From Squalus acanthias (Eukaryota), in contig CM059432.1 in the NCBI GenBank assembly GCA_030390025.1, positions 93,126,001 through 93,190,000 on the forward strand: a DNA stretch of 64,000 nucleotides, written 5' to 3'. The position numbers were made by a program, and so were the translations under genes. Positions 38,211-51,700 of the stretch are shown here, one piece after another. Every line of letters starts with the position of its first letter. Position 1 is the first letter of the stretch. The notes under the pieces were generated by a model. That model was not told the origin of the DNA. It worked only from the letters and a program-made list of their open reading frames with translations, and made no database searches.

Positions 38211-39918
38211 ATTAGGTGGTCAAGGGATAGCCCTTGTTGCCCAGCAGCCAGCCTCTGGTTTGACGTGGTAACTCAAAGACTGAGGGAACAGTGGACTGGC
38301 GCAGAATCAAAGCATCATGACTGCTGCTAGGACACTGGGCATTCACTATCATGATGTGCTGAGCATGGTCGCACGTTCAGCGAGTGGAAACCTTTGCAGT
38401 TGCGGTACATCTCAGCATTTAGATGCGGCGCCCGCAAAGCCATGTGCGTGCAGTCGATGGCGCCCTACACCTTGGGGAATGCCGCTATCCTGGCAAAGCC
38501 ATCTGCACACTCTGCCTGCTTCTCTCTGTTCAGAGAGAAGACAATTAAGTCCCCTCTCCTGGCATAAAGACCATCTGTCACCTCTCTTATGCAGCAGTGG
38601 ATGGTGAACTGGGAGATGTTATAGATGTCGCCTGCTCTAGCCTGAAAGGATCCCAATGCAAAGAAATTCAGGGCCACGGTCATCACAGCCACTGGCAGTG
38701 CTGTCCTTGCACTGGTGTGAGGCTCCAGGTCTGGTTGCAAGAGGTGGCAGAGTTCTGTGAACCCTCCCTCCCGCAGACGCCTCACACACTGCTCCTAGGG
38801 TCAGGTAAGAGCATGTTCTCGGAACACCGTAGGTGGGCACGGCCTGCTGAGAGCCCCTCTCCCCCTCAGCTGTGTCAGCTGTGGTTCAGTTGGTAGCACC
38901 CTCACCTCTGAGTCAGAAGGTTGTGGGTTCAAGTCCCACTCCAGAGACTTGAGCACACAATTCTAGGCTGACACTCCAGAGGGAGTGCTGCACTGTTGAA
39001 GGTGCCGTCTTTCGGATGAGACGTTAAACCGAGGCCCCGTCTACTCTCTCAGGTGGACATAAAAGATTCTATAGCACTATTTCGAAGAAGAGTAGGGGAG
39101 TTATCCCTGGTGTCTTAGCCAATAGTTATCCTTCAATCAACATTACTAAAGCAGATTATCTGGTCATTATCACATTGCTGTTCGTGGGATCTTGCTGTGT
39201 GCAAATTGTCTGCCGCGTTTCCTACATTACAACAGTGACTCCACTTCAAAAAGTACTTCATTGGCTGTAAAGCGCTTTGGGATGTCCGGTGGTCGTGAAA
39301 GGCACTATATAAATGCAAGTCTTTCTTTTTTTCCTCCTCCTCCCTCTGCGAGCAGCTTGTCCTCTTCTTTGCTCCCTCTGCTCCACCTATCTCCCTGTCA
39401 TGCTGCAGGCCAAGGGAGATGACAACTAGAGCATCCATGACTGGGAGCAAGTGGTCTGACCAAAACCCTTGAAGTCAGAACCAAGGCGTTGTCTACTTGC
39501 AGCACCACTCCCTGTCACCTCGCCAACTTCAAACAAATGTGGAAAGCACTAAATACTTCCACAAACTTACACAGAGCCAGTAGAAATCAAAAAGCAAGTT
39601 ACCTGAAAGTTGGTGATGATCCCTTTACATATCGCTGATAGGGGTCATTGCAGCTGCTAAATGCATGTTCAGCTGTGCGAGGTTAACACAGGGTGTTATC
39701 TCCAGCAATGATGACGAAAATGGTAGCGCTGGCATCGACATCACAATCTGCTTACTTAGCATACTTTCAGCGCACGCTCCTAACGGCCGTCCTAACCAAT
39801 ATGGCGTCTGGCGTGGCCCGCACCAGAAAAGTGCGCTGCTGCTCAGACGCCATTTTGGACCCAATTTGGCACCCGTAGCGCCCAAACAACGGGTGCTACG
39901 CAACCGAATTTTTAGCCC
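38211..39918 (-). mobile_element. Remnant of another Harbinger family (transposase 5' half and one terminus), interrupted by a SINE
   Basis: TELCHLLQPDL, ALNFFALGSFQ, GAIDCTH and LLGNKGY motifs; terminus CCGAATTTTTAGCCC at 39918. Confidence 0.75.
38872..39332 (+). mobile_element. Full-length DeuSINE-type (SacSINE1-like) SINE
   Basis: A-box TGGTTCAGTTGG, B-box GGTTCAAGTCC, shared central domain, L2-like tail. Confidence 0.85.
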
Positions 39919-41689
39919 TGCTTCTCAAATCTGGGGGTAGAGGGAAAATCAACTTTACAATAACCACTGACAAACCTAAAAACCTTGTACGGTGCCCATT
40001 ATCACCAAATGTTTAATCTCTTCTTAGCTAGGAATGTTACAGAATAGTAAATGTAACTACTCTCCTCCACAAAATCTTCCCTTACATCGTTGTGGTATGC
40101 TTTAGAAGAGTTTTAAAACATCTTCATTTCATTAAACAGAACAGCTTTCAATGTATGTTAATAGCTTTTCCGGCTGAATAAGAATCTATTAATGTTAGAC
40201 CCTTTACTGTGTCATTGTACTTAATATTGTTGTACTAGGAGAAACTGCTTTATAATTGAATACACAAAAAACAGAAATATACATGGCATTACAGTATAAC
40301 CTTTCTAAAATTATTCTGATATATTCCTCAACTGAGTGTTGATTTCAATGGAATGAAATCGGACGGATTCTATAATGGACTGGCAGTCTGCTCTGCCAGA
40401 TTACTGCCCAATGTGTGATTAAAGCCACAGCAGCCTGGGCATGCTGACACATGCAAAGCTAAGTTGTTCTCATTTATGCAAAAATTTGTAAGTAAATCAA
40501 AAGCAATATGGAAAAAAATAAGAATGTCCTGCTATTATACCAAGTGGCTGATCAATTTTACCGATTCAAGTGGGTGTAGTATTGTATTGTCACAGCTGGC
40601 TGTACCAGATCTGAAGCTTACTTCCATGTAAGTGCTCTTTCTCTCCCTCTCCATTTAACAAATACAAAGAATAGTTATCATTTAAAACTGTAGCATTGAT
40701 CCTATAAATAATTGACAAATCTATCCTAAAAATGCTTCTGCCACCACTGCAATATATTAATTAGTGTATTCGTGTTTCAGCAAAGCTGCTAGTAGCCAAC
40801 TATGAGTAGCTATAAATGTCTGTTAAGATTGTATCATTTATTAATTTGCATTAGACTGTGTTTCCAGGGCAAGGGAATTCCCAAATTGTATGTGAAAATT
40901 TCTCTGTATACAAATACAACTGGAAAACAAAGTAATCCACAGAGATCAGATAGAGAGAATGGTAGAAAGGTAGACAGAGACATTAAATGAGAGTAAGTTT
41001 CTGTGTGTTAAAATAGCCCATAAACAGAATGTAGGTATGTCAATGTGTCCTATTTAACAGAATGAAAATGTTGTGTAAGAGACGCTGCCAGTGCCCGGGA
41101 CCCTACATAAGGAGTGTGTGAAAAATCAGACACCGACCCTGTGTCTCCCCTGCACTCAAGCAGAACTTCATGATGTTAATTTTGTCAGGCAAGGCTCTGC
41201 GTAAGATATCTGTCCTCTAACTAGCAGGTGTCAAGCTTGAAAAATGATAACAATGTCATAAATACATGCATTAAATCTCTCTCCACAGAATATTTAGTAT
41301 TATATAACAATTCTGTAGCAGGCACATTCCCTTTCAGTGGGCTCTGTTTGCATAGCAATTAATATGAGAATATCATGACTGCACACGCTTAAGCAGTTAA
41401 GTGTGTTAAGTATTTAAGTGGAATGTACTATTGCAACAAACTGAAAACACTATTTCAACTGTCACAGGCCCTTCAACCTCTTTACTACAACTCGCCAGTT
41501 TGAGAAGCTTCCTTCTACCACTACCCTTTGCTGTCTCCAACCATCACTCCACCCATGTGGCCACATTCACCTTAATTCTGTGTGCCATTATCTTTGCCCT
41601 AAGTCTCTTAATTGGTACCTTATCAAATGCTTTTTGAAAATCCATTGAAATCATACTCACTGATTTTTTCTTTATCCAACTTCTCATTA

Positions 41690-41842
41690 TCTCATTGCTA
41701 TTTATGGAACCTTGCTGTGTGCAAATTATGTTTCCTACATTACAACAGTGACTACACTTAAAAGTACTTAATTGGCTGTAAAGTGCTTTGGGACATCCTG
41801 AGGTTGTGAAAGGTGCTACGTAAATACAAGTTCTTTTTCTAT
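41690..41842 (+). mobile_element. SINE 3' fragment, same family as 38872-39332
   Basis: tttcctacattacaacagtgactacac...aaaggtgctacgtaaatacaagttc. Confidence 0.7.
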
Positions 41843-41849
41843 ATATCCC

Positions 41850-42540
41850 AGGCACTTGGGTGACAAAGAGCTGACATGGTGGACTGCCATTGCAGCAGCT
41901 GCCAGCACATTGAGCATTGTTGGTCACATACCAGCTGCACTTTTAATGAATGGAAACCTTTACAGTTCAAATATTTTATGGTACGGACTGATGGGGTCCA
42001 GATGGCTTCGAGTAGGATCTATGACCCCATGCACCTTAGGGAAGTCAGTCACATGGAAGAAATTAAGAGAACTGTCATTCTGCTGCCAGGACCACATTCT
42101 GAAATTGACAAACTGAGCAGCCTTGCTAAACAAGGCATCAGTGGCCTGGTGGATGCAGGTATGAACTGTAAAATGGCTGCTGTTGGTCATCTTGCTGCAG
42201 CCTGTGAAGAACTAGTGGTGAAAAAGTTCAAGGTTATTACAACTTTAACAGGCACTGTCCATGTGGTCCAAATGATGGAAGTTGGTTGCATCAAGGTCTG
42301 GCAAGGAGACAAAGCCTGCCTTGGGCTTCTCTGGTAACGCGCAGCCTTCTCATGCAAATCTCCTTGCTTAGATCCAGGAAGGAGTGCCGGGTACCAGGAA
42401 GAGGACCTCAACCTCCACCAGTGATGACATATAAGCCTGACCTCCTTGTGTTCCTCCTTCACCTTCTCTTCTACCTCTACACAAATCTGTATTTTCACTG
42501 AACAACTTACAGCTCCATTCACAACTCCTCCAATAATGGA
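41850..42540 (-). pseudogene. Highly degraded Harbinger transposase fragment
   Basis: PVKVVITLNFF, CIHQATDALF and FPKVHGVID motifs. Confidence 0.65.
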
Positions 42541-42544
42541 GCAG

Positions 42545-43280
42545 CCCACGCCAGTCTACAGCAGCACCTGGACAGCATCCAGGCTTGGACTGACAAATGA
42601 CATTAATGTTTGAGCTACATAAGAATCAAGCAACGATCAGCAGAAACATGAAAAGGCCCAACCACTTCCCCTGATCTTCAATGGCCCCTATCCTCAACAT
42701 CTTGGGGAGTCACCATTGACCAGTCATATCAACTCTGTGGCTACAAGAGCAGGGCAAATGCTGGGTACTCTGCGATGAGTGGCTTACCTGCTAATGGTTC
42801 ACCATTTACAAGCCTCAAGTCAGGAGTGTGATGGAATATTCACCACTTGCCTGGATGGGTGAACAGGACCAAGTGGTCCGCTTAACAGGCGCTCCTGACA
42901 CAAACTCAATATCCATCCACTACCGGCGCACTGTGGCTGCAGCATGACCTATCTACATGATACACTGCAGCAACTTATCACGCTTACACTTATAGCACCT
43001 TCCAGCTCCTCAGACTCTACCACTGAAAAGAACAAGAGCAGCAATGTCTTGGGAACACCATGACCTGCAAATTCCCTCCACCCTGGTGTCAACATACAAA
43101 CCACTCCTTTATTGTAGCTGGGTCAAAATCGTGGATTTTCCTACCTAATGAAGTTGTGGGAGCACCATCAGCATTAGGAATACAGCGGTTCGAAAAGAAG
43201 GCCCACCACCACCGCCTGAGGGCAACAAGGGATGAGCAATAAATGTAGCCTTGACAGCATCAGCCACATCCCAAGGACAT
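42545..43280 (+). mobile_element. LINE 3' fragment (RT C-terminus and tail), possibly the family seen at 1-1864
   Basis: LQQHLDSIQAW, YKPQVRSVMEYSPLAWMG and GSKSWIFLP motifs; tail ggatgagcaataaatg. Confidence 0.7.
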
Positions 43281-43765
43281 AAAAACAGGAATGCACAGGG
43301 AAATGGGGCTGAGTAAATAACTATTTTTCAGAGAGCTAGTACACACATGTAAAATTATATCATTCTATGAATGGGAGCTTAATCCTCTAAACACTGCACA
43401 CTGAACACAATGCCTTCGAAAAACCTCACTTGATGAAAGGAGGAGATACCCAGACACTCAGGCCTAGTAGTCAGTGTGCCAAATTTCCTGTTCATTAATT
43501 TTAATCACTGAAAAATTGAGGGCATTGCAAGTCCTTAACATCCATGCCCAAATCTTCGATCTACAGTCCCATCAAGTGAGGCTCTACACAGGAAGCAGGG
43601 GCTCGCAAAATTCACCCCCAAATCTCTTTAAATGTGCAATGTAAAAACTGTTACTTTAGAACTATAGTTAGACGTCACAAATTGAATTTGGTTTTACTAA
43701 AGTGGTCCTATGGTAAATGAATTATACTCGGGACAAAGTAACGTCATGTAACTTTAACAACTTAC

Positions 43766-43875
43766 CTGCTACACGGACAGCGGAGGGAGGGCTGCGGACC
43801 AGTGGACTGGTGGACAGGCTAGTCAGAACCATAGCTGCTGTTACTTTGTCCATCTCCCCTTCCTCAGGAAACTTC
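43766..43875 (-). CDS. ZNF704: ZNF704-like internal coding exon (conserved region CR1)
   Basis: tgcag acceptor, gtaag donor; 110 bp, phase 2 to phase 1. Encodes (R)[36 protein letters not shown], matching the ZNF704 motif [23 protein letters not shown]. Confidence 0.9.
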
Positions 43876-45053
43876 CTGCATCAACAAATAAAGAGATAGA
43901 ATCAGCAATTACTGCCAGCTTGTACAAAGAGCTGTATATCTGAGGGACCAAGAAGTGCAGTGTAGCAAAGGATTTAAAAAAAAAGCTGTGGCTGTTGTGG
44001 AAATACTGTCAGTAAAATTCAATAAAATCATTGAAGTGCAATACAAAAATTTATCATATAATGGGTCAAATCTTCCTATAAAATAACTGTGTTAACAAAG
44101 CATGCCGTTACTAATGCACAAATCAGCCAGCAAGTTCAGGGGATGAAGAGATACGTCAATTGACCTTGCTGGTCAATTTATGCCGCACCGCCGTCTGCCT
44201 CACGTAAAGGGTATCTCACCCTTAGGCTCCCCGTTATTTTTAAGAAGTTGCTGGATTTGCACATTAATTGCCTATTAAACTCACTGCAGAAAGTATGGGC
44301 TTATAATTAACAGCGTAAGCACTCTTTTAATGACATGATAATTGTTAATGCACTGCTAATCAATCTCTCCGACCCAGAAAGGGAACAATTTAAACCGTTC
44401 AGTTTCATTCCTACATGTAGTAAATAGTTATTACAGATTTTAAAAATTTCACATTTCAAATGTTTACATTTTTTTCTTACTTTGCTTTTCTATCCCTTTT
44501 CTTTCTCTCTTAATCCAACCTTTCTTTCCCTCTCTTTCTGTACCTGATTTGACTCTAATTCATCCTCCTCCGTCATTCCTCTGTTTTTTTCTCAATTGTT
44601 AAATCTCATTGGTTACCGTTGGTCCCGCCATTCAATGAAGTCCCAGATACCCGTTGCCCTCGCACTGAGGTTGGATGCTTTTGGAACACTTTGCGCAAAG
44701 AGGATGTTGGGTATCTACTGGGAGGGCAGATACACAGAATATGTAAAACAATGTTTTTGTCTTTAGCTCTCTTGTTGCAATGTTTTACGCACCAGGAGCG
44801 CACATCAGGATTTTCTGTCCATTCAATTTAAAATTGGAGTAGGCATGTGCACAAATTCCTGGCATGTAGTCCCTGTTCACAAAGGTGTGCACTGGAAGGG
44901 CTGAAGATGAGAATTTACTCTAATATTTTTCACTGAACAATTTACAGGAACAATTTCAGTTACTGTTCTATATTCCCTGTATTTTAACACTCCCACTTGA
45001 ATGGATTTGTATGTATCTACTGAAGTACTATGGTTGCTAAATACAATACCAAT

Positions 45054-45790
45054 CTTCTTCTTCTTAGGCAGTCCCTCGGAACCGAGGATGACTTGCTTCC
45101 ACATTAAAAATGAGTTCTCAGGTGACTGATGAGTCCAATGCGGGACCTACAGTCTCTGTCACAGGTGGGGCAGATGGTGGTTGAAGGGGCGGGTGGGTGG
45201 GGTGCTTGGGTTGACGTGTGCTCCTTGCGCTTGGCTTCCACTTGCTCCCGGCGAAGAGACTCGAGGTGTTTGGCGCCTTCCCGGATGCTTCTCCTCCACT
45301 TTGTGCAGTCTTGGGCCAGGGATTCACAGGTGTCGGTGGGGATGTTGCACTTTTTCAAGGAGGCTTTGAGGGTGTCTTTGAAGCATTTCCTCTGCCCACC
45401 TGGGGCTCTCTTGCCGTGTCGGAGCTCCGAGTAGAGCGCTTGTTTTGGGAGTCTCGTATCGGGCATGCAGACGATGTGACCCGTCCATCGGAGCTGATCG
45501 AGCGTGGTCAAAGCTTCAATGCTGGGGATGTTGGCCTGAGCGAGAACACTGACGTTGGTGTGCCTATCTTGGATTTGCAGGATCTTGCGGAGGCAGCATT
45601 GGTGGTACCTCTCCAGTGCTTTGAGGTGCCTGCTGTACATGGTCCATGTCTCTGAAGCATACAGGAGGGCAGGTATCACTACTGCTCTTTAGACCATCAG
45701 CTTGGTGCCGGGTTTGAGGTCCTGGTCTTCAAACACTCTCTTCCTCAGGCGACCGAAGGCTGCACTGGCACACTGAAGGTGGTGTTGGAC
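45054..45790 (-). mobile_element. RTE-clade LINE 3' fragment
   Basis: LLYASETWT...QLRWTGHIVCMPDTRLPKQALYSEL plus a C-terminal CxxC...H zinc motif; (AAG)n tail; near-TSD caataccaat / caataacaat. Confidence 0.92.
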
Positions 45791-46079
45791 AATAACAATA
45801 GTTTTTCACTGAACAATGTACTGTGGTTCCAGTATATTAGGTTGCCCCATGCTACACACCATTCCTATACTAAGGAGACCGTTACCAACACCAAGTTCTC
45901 TCTTGCCAGCCCAAGGTGCACAGGTATACCTTGGACCCACTCATCTGATACTTTTCTTTTCTTTCTTGTGGAGGACCCCTTAGTGTCTGCTCCTTCCGCT
46001 CCCCACCGAATGTGCAATTTATATAATAAGTCATTGCAGGGTGAACTGCAGATCTGAACCCAGCAGATACCACTCCACT

Positions 46080-46244
46080 GGCCCGAATTTCCACAGGATT
46101 CTCCTGATCTATCATAGCTTCAGCGGAAGCCATGGGGAAACGGTGTAACCGGCTGTTTTTATCTATTAACGCCGTTTCTCCAGCAACCACTGATCTTCAG
46201 CTGAAGTTAGAGTAGCAGAAGAAATCCTGTGGAAATTCCAGGCG
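46080..46244. mobile_element. Short palindromic MITE
   Basis: aatttccacaggatt ... aatcctgtggaaatt arms with further internal complementarity. Confidence 0.6.
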
Positions 46245-46567
46245 CATGTATTGGTATGCATTTCAAAATACAGTCATCTTCACCAGTACACAGCTATAGA
46301 ATAACGACTGATGAAGAATAAATACTACCTACATACAGAACCCAGATATTTATAATCATCCATCCATGGCTATATTTTAATACATAAAGATACTGAACAT
46401 TCCTAAGAATTTTTGGGAAAAGGGAAAGCCCATTAGACCCAAAGAAATTGTCCCTTTTTCATATAATGACTCCAACTATCTGCCTTCTCACCATATTCTT
46501 CAATCCCTTCTTTCTCCAGGAACACATCCAATTATCTCTTGAACCCATTTATACATTTTGTTTCAAT

Positions 46568-47172
46568 GGCCAGAATTTTATCTTGGAGGCGGATAGGGAG
46601 CGAGGGGGGGCGGGCTGCATTGTGGTCGGGAAACCCGGGAGCAGAGAAGAGGAAGGCCGGGATCATTGGAGGAGGAAGTGGAAGGCAGTGATCGTCGGAG
46701 GTGGTGGAAGGCTGGGACGGTCAGAGGAGGTCGGGTGCCGTGATCGTCGGTGGGGGGGGGGAGGCGTGGGTCGGAGTTCGGTCTGAGGGGGAAATCGGAG
46801 GCCGGGGGCAGGGAAATCGGAGGCCGTTCGAGGGGGAGGGAGGATTGGAGGGCAGATCAGAAGGCTGTTACCTCCTGGATCCAGCAGTCCTCATCTTCCT
46901 TTAGCTGGCAGGTTTCCCGAGGTCTGGGAAACCTACCCGCCCATAGTTAAATTTAAAATGGTGGATTGCCATGAGGCACGCAACCTCATTATAATCTTTA
47001 AATGGGCGACTCGCCTCCTCGGAGCGGGTTGGCTGCCCGCGCCACTCCCCTCCTCCGTTTAAACCGGAAGCGGGCGGGTTGGAGGCAGGTTGAGGTCGGG
47101 ATTCAGATTTTTAACACTTTAACCTCCCACTCGACCACAACCCACCTGTTTTTTGGGGTTAAAATTCCTCCC
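46568..47172. mobile_element. Harbinger-type MITE (605 bp)
   Basis: Imperfect TIRs GGCCAGAATTTTA / TAAAATTCCTCCC; AAT TSD. Confidence 0.7.
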
Positions 47173-48392
47173 AATATCCTTCCTTTTGGGTGACAAGATT
47201 CCATTGACTTCCTTTATCAGTCCCTATTTTCTAATTTTAAAAATTTATGCGCCCTTGTATTTGAACCGTTTATTATGGTGAATAATTTGCCTGAAACAAT
47301 TCTATAAACTCCCTTCAAAATCTGAAAACTTCAATTAGGTCACCTTTAAGTAACCTCTTTTCCAAAGAAAACAAGCTCAACTTTTTTACCCTTTTCTCAT
47401 TACATAAATCCTTGCTACGTGGAATTATTTCCATTGCTCGGCTCCACGCCCTTTCAAGCGCAACGACATCCTTCCCATGATTAGGCAACCAGAACCACAC
47501 ACAGCAATTGAGACAGGATCCGACCAACTGCTATTGAGCAACAATACACCTTCTATTGATTGGTACAATTTGTATACACTGTTGTTTAGTTTTGACCTGC
47601 AGTAGTATGAGAAATGTCATCCAGAACACTGGAACACAATGTTCAAAGTCCTCCTCTGCTCCTTATACATTCCACAATGGCATCACCAAACATTGTGCTC
47701 AATGCGGACTCAATCTCAGCTGCAATTTTGTGGGGAGGCTCTGATTGGCAGCCAACTGCTTCCTCACAAGGAGGGTGGATCTATCAACCAGATGGCCATT
47801 CCATGACCATTCCCTTGCATCTTGCAGCCAGTTTGGAGCTGCGCTAGGTTAGGATTATGTGCAGGTAACCCACCTTCTCAACTGTACTTATTATTTTCCT
47901 GGGGAAGAGGAAATTAAAAAAAAATGGAACTTAATCTTCCAAAAAGGCAGAAAAGTACTTTGTAATGACAGAAAACTATTTTAAGCAAGCCAACTGACAT
48001 AGAAACGGAAAGAAACAGGGGAACCTCATAAAGGGAACAAAAGCATAGCCACAGGTATCTCTGAAATAAGAAAGCCTCAATCCCCACCACAAACCATGAC
48101 TGAGGCAGCACCTCAAGTACAAAGGAATAAAAAAAAGTACAGCGCTCCTGATGAATCACTCAGTAAAAGCATTGCCCGGTGAGGTACTGAGTCATACAGA
48201 CCTGGAAGAACCCTGTTAATGAATCACAAATAGAGTGGCAGTTGGGGCATAATAGTTGACCACAGTGTCCCTAGGCCAGGGAGGAGGACATCAGTTTAAA
48301 TTCCCACTGCCAATCACTATTTAGTGAATGTTGCTAGAAGGTGCACGTGTATGAACTTTGTGTGAGGTAAAGATTGGACTTGGCCATATCAC

Positions 48393-49056
48393 TCAACAAC
48401 AACTTGCATTTATATAGTGCTCTACATATATATTTAAAATGCAGAAAGTCCCAAGGCACTTCACACCAGCATAAGGAAAAAGTGAATACTGAGTCAATGA
48501 AGGAGATATTAGAAGGGGGATGACAAAAAGCTTTGGTCGAAGAAGTGGGTTTTAAGGAGGATCTTAGGTTGAATAACTCGTATCCTAACTTGCACCAAAT
48601 CCCGTTCACCCATCACCCCTGTGTTCGCTAAACTATATTGACTCCCGGTCTGGCAACGCCTCAATTTAAAAATTCTCATCCTTGTTTTCAAATCCCTCCA
48701 TGGCCTCGCCCCTGCCTATCCCTGTAACTTCCTCCAACCTTACAACCCCTCGAGATATCTGTGCTCCTCTAATTCTGGCTGCTTGCGTATCCTTAATTTT
48801 AATCACTCCACCATTGGTAGCCGTGCCTTCAGCTGCCTGGGCCCTAAGCTCTGGAATTCCCTCCCTCAGCCTCTCCGCCTCTCTCCTCTTTTAAGACGCT
48901 CCTTAAAACCTGCCTCTTTGACCAAGCTTTTGGTCACCTGTCATAATATTTCCTAATCTGGCTCAGTGTCAAATTTTGCTTGTTAACGCTCCTGTGAAGT
49001 ACCTTGGGATGTTTAACTACCTTAAAGGCGCTATAAAAATACAAGTTGGTGTTGTT
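48393..49056. mobile_element. Two L2 3' ends in opposite orientation (minus 48393-48570, plus 48575-49056)
   Basis: (caa)n and (gtt)n tails; PITPV...LKTCLFDQAF motif on the plus copy. Confidence 0.75.
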
Positions 49057-49076
49057 GAATAGTTTACTGACACTTA

Positions 49077-50829
49077 GGGCTGGATTTTGCCAGCGCTCAC
49101 AGGGCGGATTTGGAGGCGGGTCGGCTGTCAAAATAGCAAAGATTGACAGCGGGTAGGAAACCTGCCTCCACGCGAGTCTCCCAGGTGTTGGGTCTGCCTG
49201 CACAGAACTGACCCGACACCACGCAGCGGGGGAGACAATTTATATCATTAAATGGCTTGTTAACAGCCAATTTAATGCTATTTTGAGGCTACCTTGCAAT
49301 TTTATGTGCTCCCCCACGGGTTACCCACTGCTCGGGGAACACGCCAGCTCACCCTGGCGTGAGTTGAGTCTGATTTTATGTATCTGATAAGCTGAGAGCT
49401 GCAGAAGTGGTGTAAAGGATGCCATATTACAGATGGTCAGTTTCAGAGCGCAGAAACAGTTGGTTACTGCATTTGTAAGACATATAGAGATTTCTTTAGC
49501 TTGCAAGTGTTGAGAGCCAACGGTATAATCAGTGCCACCTCATTGGAACAACCTCTCTCACCATTGACTGATCGTTTCGGTCATCTCACCTGCAGCTGCC
49601 ATCTATTGCAGCAACATCGGTGCCCATGAAAAAAATCACACCTTGGTCCTCTGAATCCTTCCACGATCAGCCCCAACACCAACATCACCAGGCACACCAA
49701 CATCACCAACCTTCTCCGCCATCACCTGATGCTGCACAGGGCATCAGCCCCTGACAACACTGCTGCCCGGGAGGCCAGCGATGGCGTCACCATGGCCAGA
49801 TTTACTTCACTTGACGCTGTAAGCCCTGGCTGCCACATGATGCGCCAGGCTGACACCATCCCACACCAGCACCATAAAGCATCCCTTTAATATCCAAGCC
49901 ATTCCATTCACACTCATCACTATAGCGGGAGGAGGGGGGGGAAGTTATGTCTCAACATTCACTGGAACTCACTAAGACACTTCTCAAGGTGCGCACAGAT
50001 CTGTCCAACAAGGTGAAGTGTTGAAAATATAGATTTCACTGTATGACAACACATTACCAGAAACTTCACATGAACATTGGCTAAACCTCTCAAGTACCTA
50101 CCCTTGTGTGTTGTTAGTTGGTATGCTTGCAGTAGGATGAGGGTGAGTGTGAGCGGTGGCTAGTGAGATGGGGAAGTGATAATGTAGATAGAGAGGGATG
50201 GGTGGAGGTGCAAGGTAAGTTGGTGTCAGTAAGGATGTGCAGGAGTAGGGTAGGGAAGGCAGAGTGATGGGGATGTGATGAGTGGCACAGCAGGGTGAGT
50301 TTGAGTGTGGTTTTGCAGTTTTGTGATCTACTGAGATCATTGAAAGGTTAGCGCCACTGCAGCCTGGTCCTCCTGACCACATCCCTGCTCATCTCCTGCT
50401 GTGCAATGTACAACCAGACTGCGTTGATCTCCTGGGGAGGTCTCTTCCGCCCATGGGAAGGGAAGAGAATCTCCCTGTGTGCTGTGACTCCCTCCATAAG
50501 CATATGGAGGGAGTCATGGGAGAGCCTGGGTGCAGCCATGCACCTTTGTGCAGTGCTTGTCAGTGTTTGCAGCACCTCAATACTGTCGAACACTGACAGC
50601 ACACATGTCAAAATCAATGTGGCCATGGTCCCTTTAAGGAAACTGGCTGATGACGCGTCATCAAATGACGTCATCAGACCTGCTTCCTGTTAATTGGCTA
50701 GGAATCCCGCTGAACAAGGCCAATCTACGGAAAATCTTTTTGAGAGAGCGGCTGCAGACGGGAGCGGGACCGGAAGCCGCCAACCAGCTCTCCCGCTGCC
50801 ATCCCGCCTCCGCAGGGAAAATCCAGCCC
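49077..50829. mobile_element. Internally deleted Harbinger (Myb exon-1 remnant on minus strand, about 50330-50540)
   Basis: TIRs GGGCTGGATTTT / AAAATCCAGCCC; TSD TTA/TCA; MAAPRLSHDSL...GRKRPPQEINAVWLYIA. Confidence 0.82.
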
Positions 50830-51119
50830 TCAGTTTCTAGGTTTGGATATAAGGAATGGTCACATGGAGAAGGATTGGGGATCTACTGGTGATGACAGAA
50901 CCTATCCCAGAATAGTCAGTGCCTTAGGGAGAGGAGGGGGGTGTTGTGCTTCTTTTAATTATGGACTCACAGGTTACAGTTCTATGAAATAAGAGAAACT
51001 CATCATTTTCTAAAGTATTCCATTTGTAGTAATTATTTCTTGTGTTCAATATCAGTCGGGAGTTAATAAATCTGCGCTATCAAAAGGTAAAACTCAGAAA
51101 ACATTTTATTTTTAATTGA

Positions 51120-51700
51120 TTGATCATTACATTGATAATATACTTGTGGTGACAGCAGATTGGAATAATATCCTGTAATGGGGACAGAATTAGTATAAAT
51201 CTAGGTTGTAAAATGCGCTGATCTTGGAGTACTGAGTAAAGTTCTGGTGACTGTCCTATAAAGGGATATGCAACCACTGGAGGAGATGCAGGGAAGAGCA
51301 ATAAAAATGATTCTAAGTGTAAGGGACGACGAAGAGAAAAGGTTAAAAAAGCTCAATCTCTACATCCTAGGGAGATGATGTTAAGAGAGGAAGCTTGCTG
51401 AAGTAGAGAAATATTAAATGGCTTACACAAAGTAAATCCAGTATACTATTTTAAAATAGGGAAAGGAAGTAGGATCGGTACTCGTAAGAACAAACGAGTG
51501 AAAATTACATTTAAATGAGATATCAAAAGGAATACTTACACAAAAAGTGTGATAAACACCTGGGATAATCTGCCAGGGAGGGGAGTAGAGATGGATGCTT
51601 TTGGAGCATTTAAAATGCAGCTGGATGCCAGGCTGGAAGAATTAGAATACTAGAGGGATCAGCTTCAGTCCTTTATTTGTTCTTGACTTTTCTTATCTTC
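51120..51700 (+). mobile_element. Old CR1 3' fragment
   Basis: Degenerate ILEY, RRAIKMI and TWDNLP motifs. Confidence 0.55.

Noticed and set aside
38872..38945. tRNA gene
   Set aside because: The A and B boxes belong to a SINE head that continues into the SINE body and tail.
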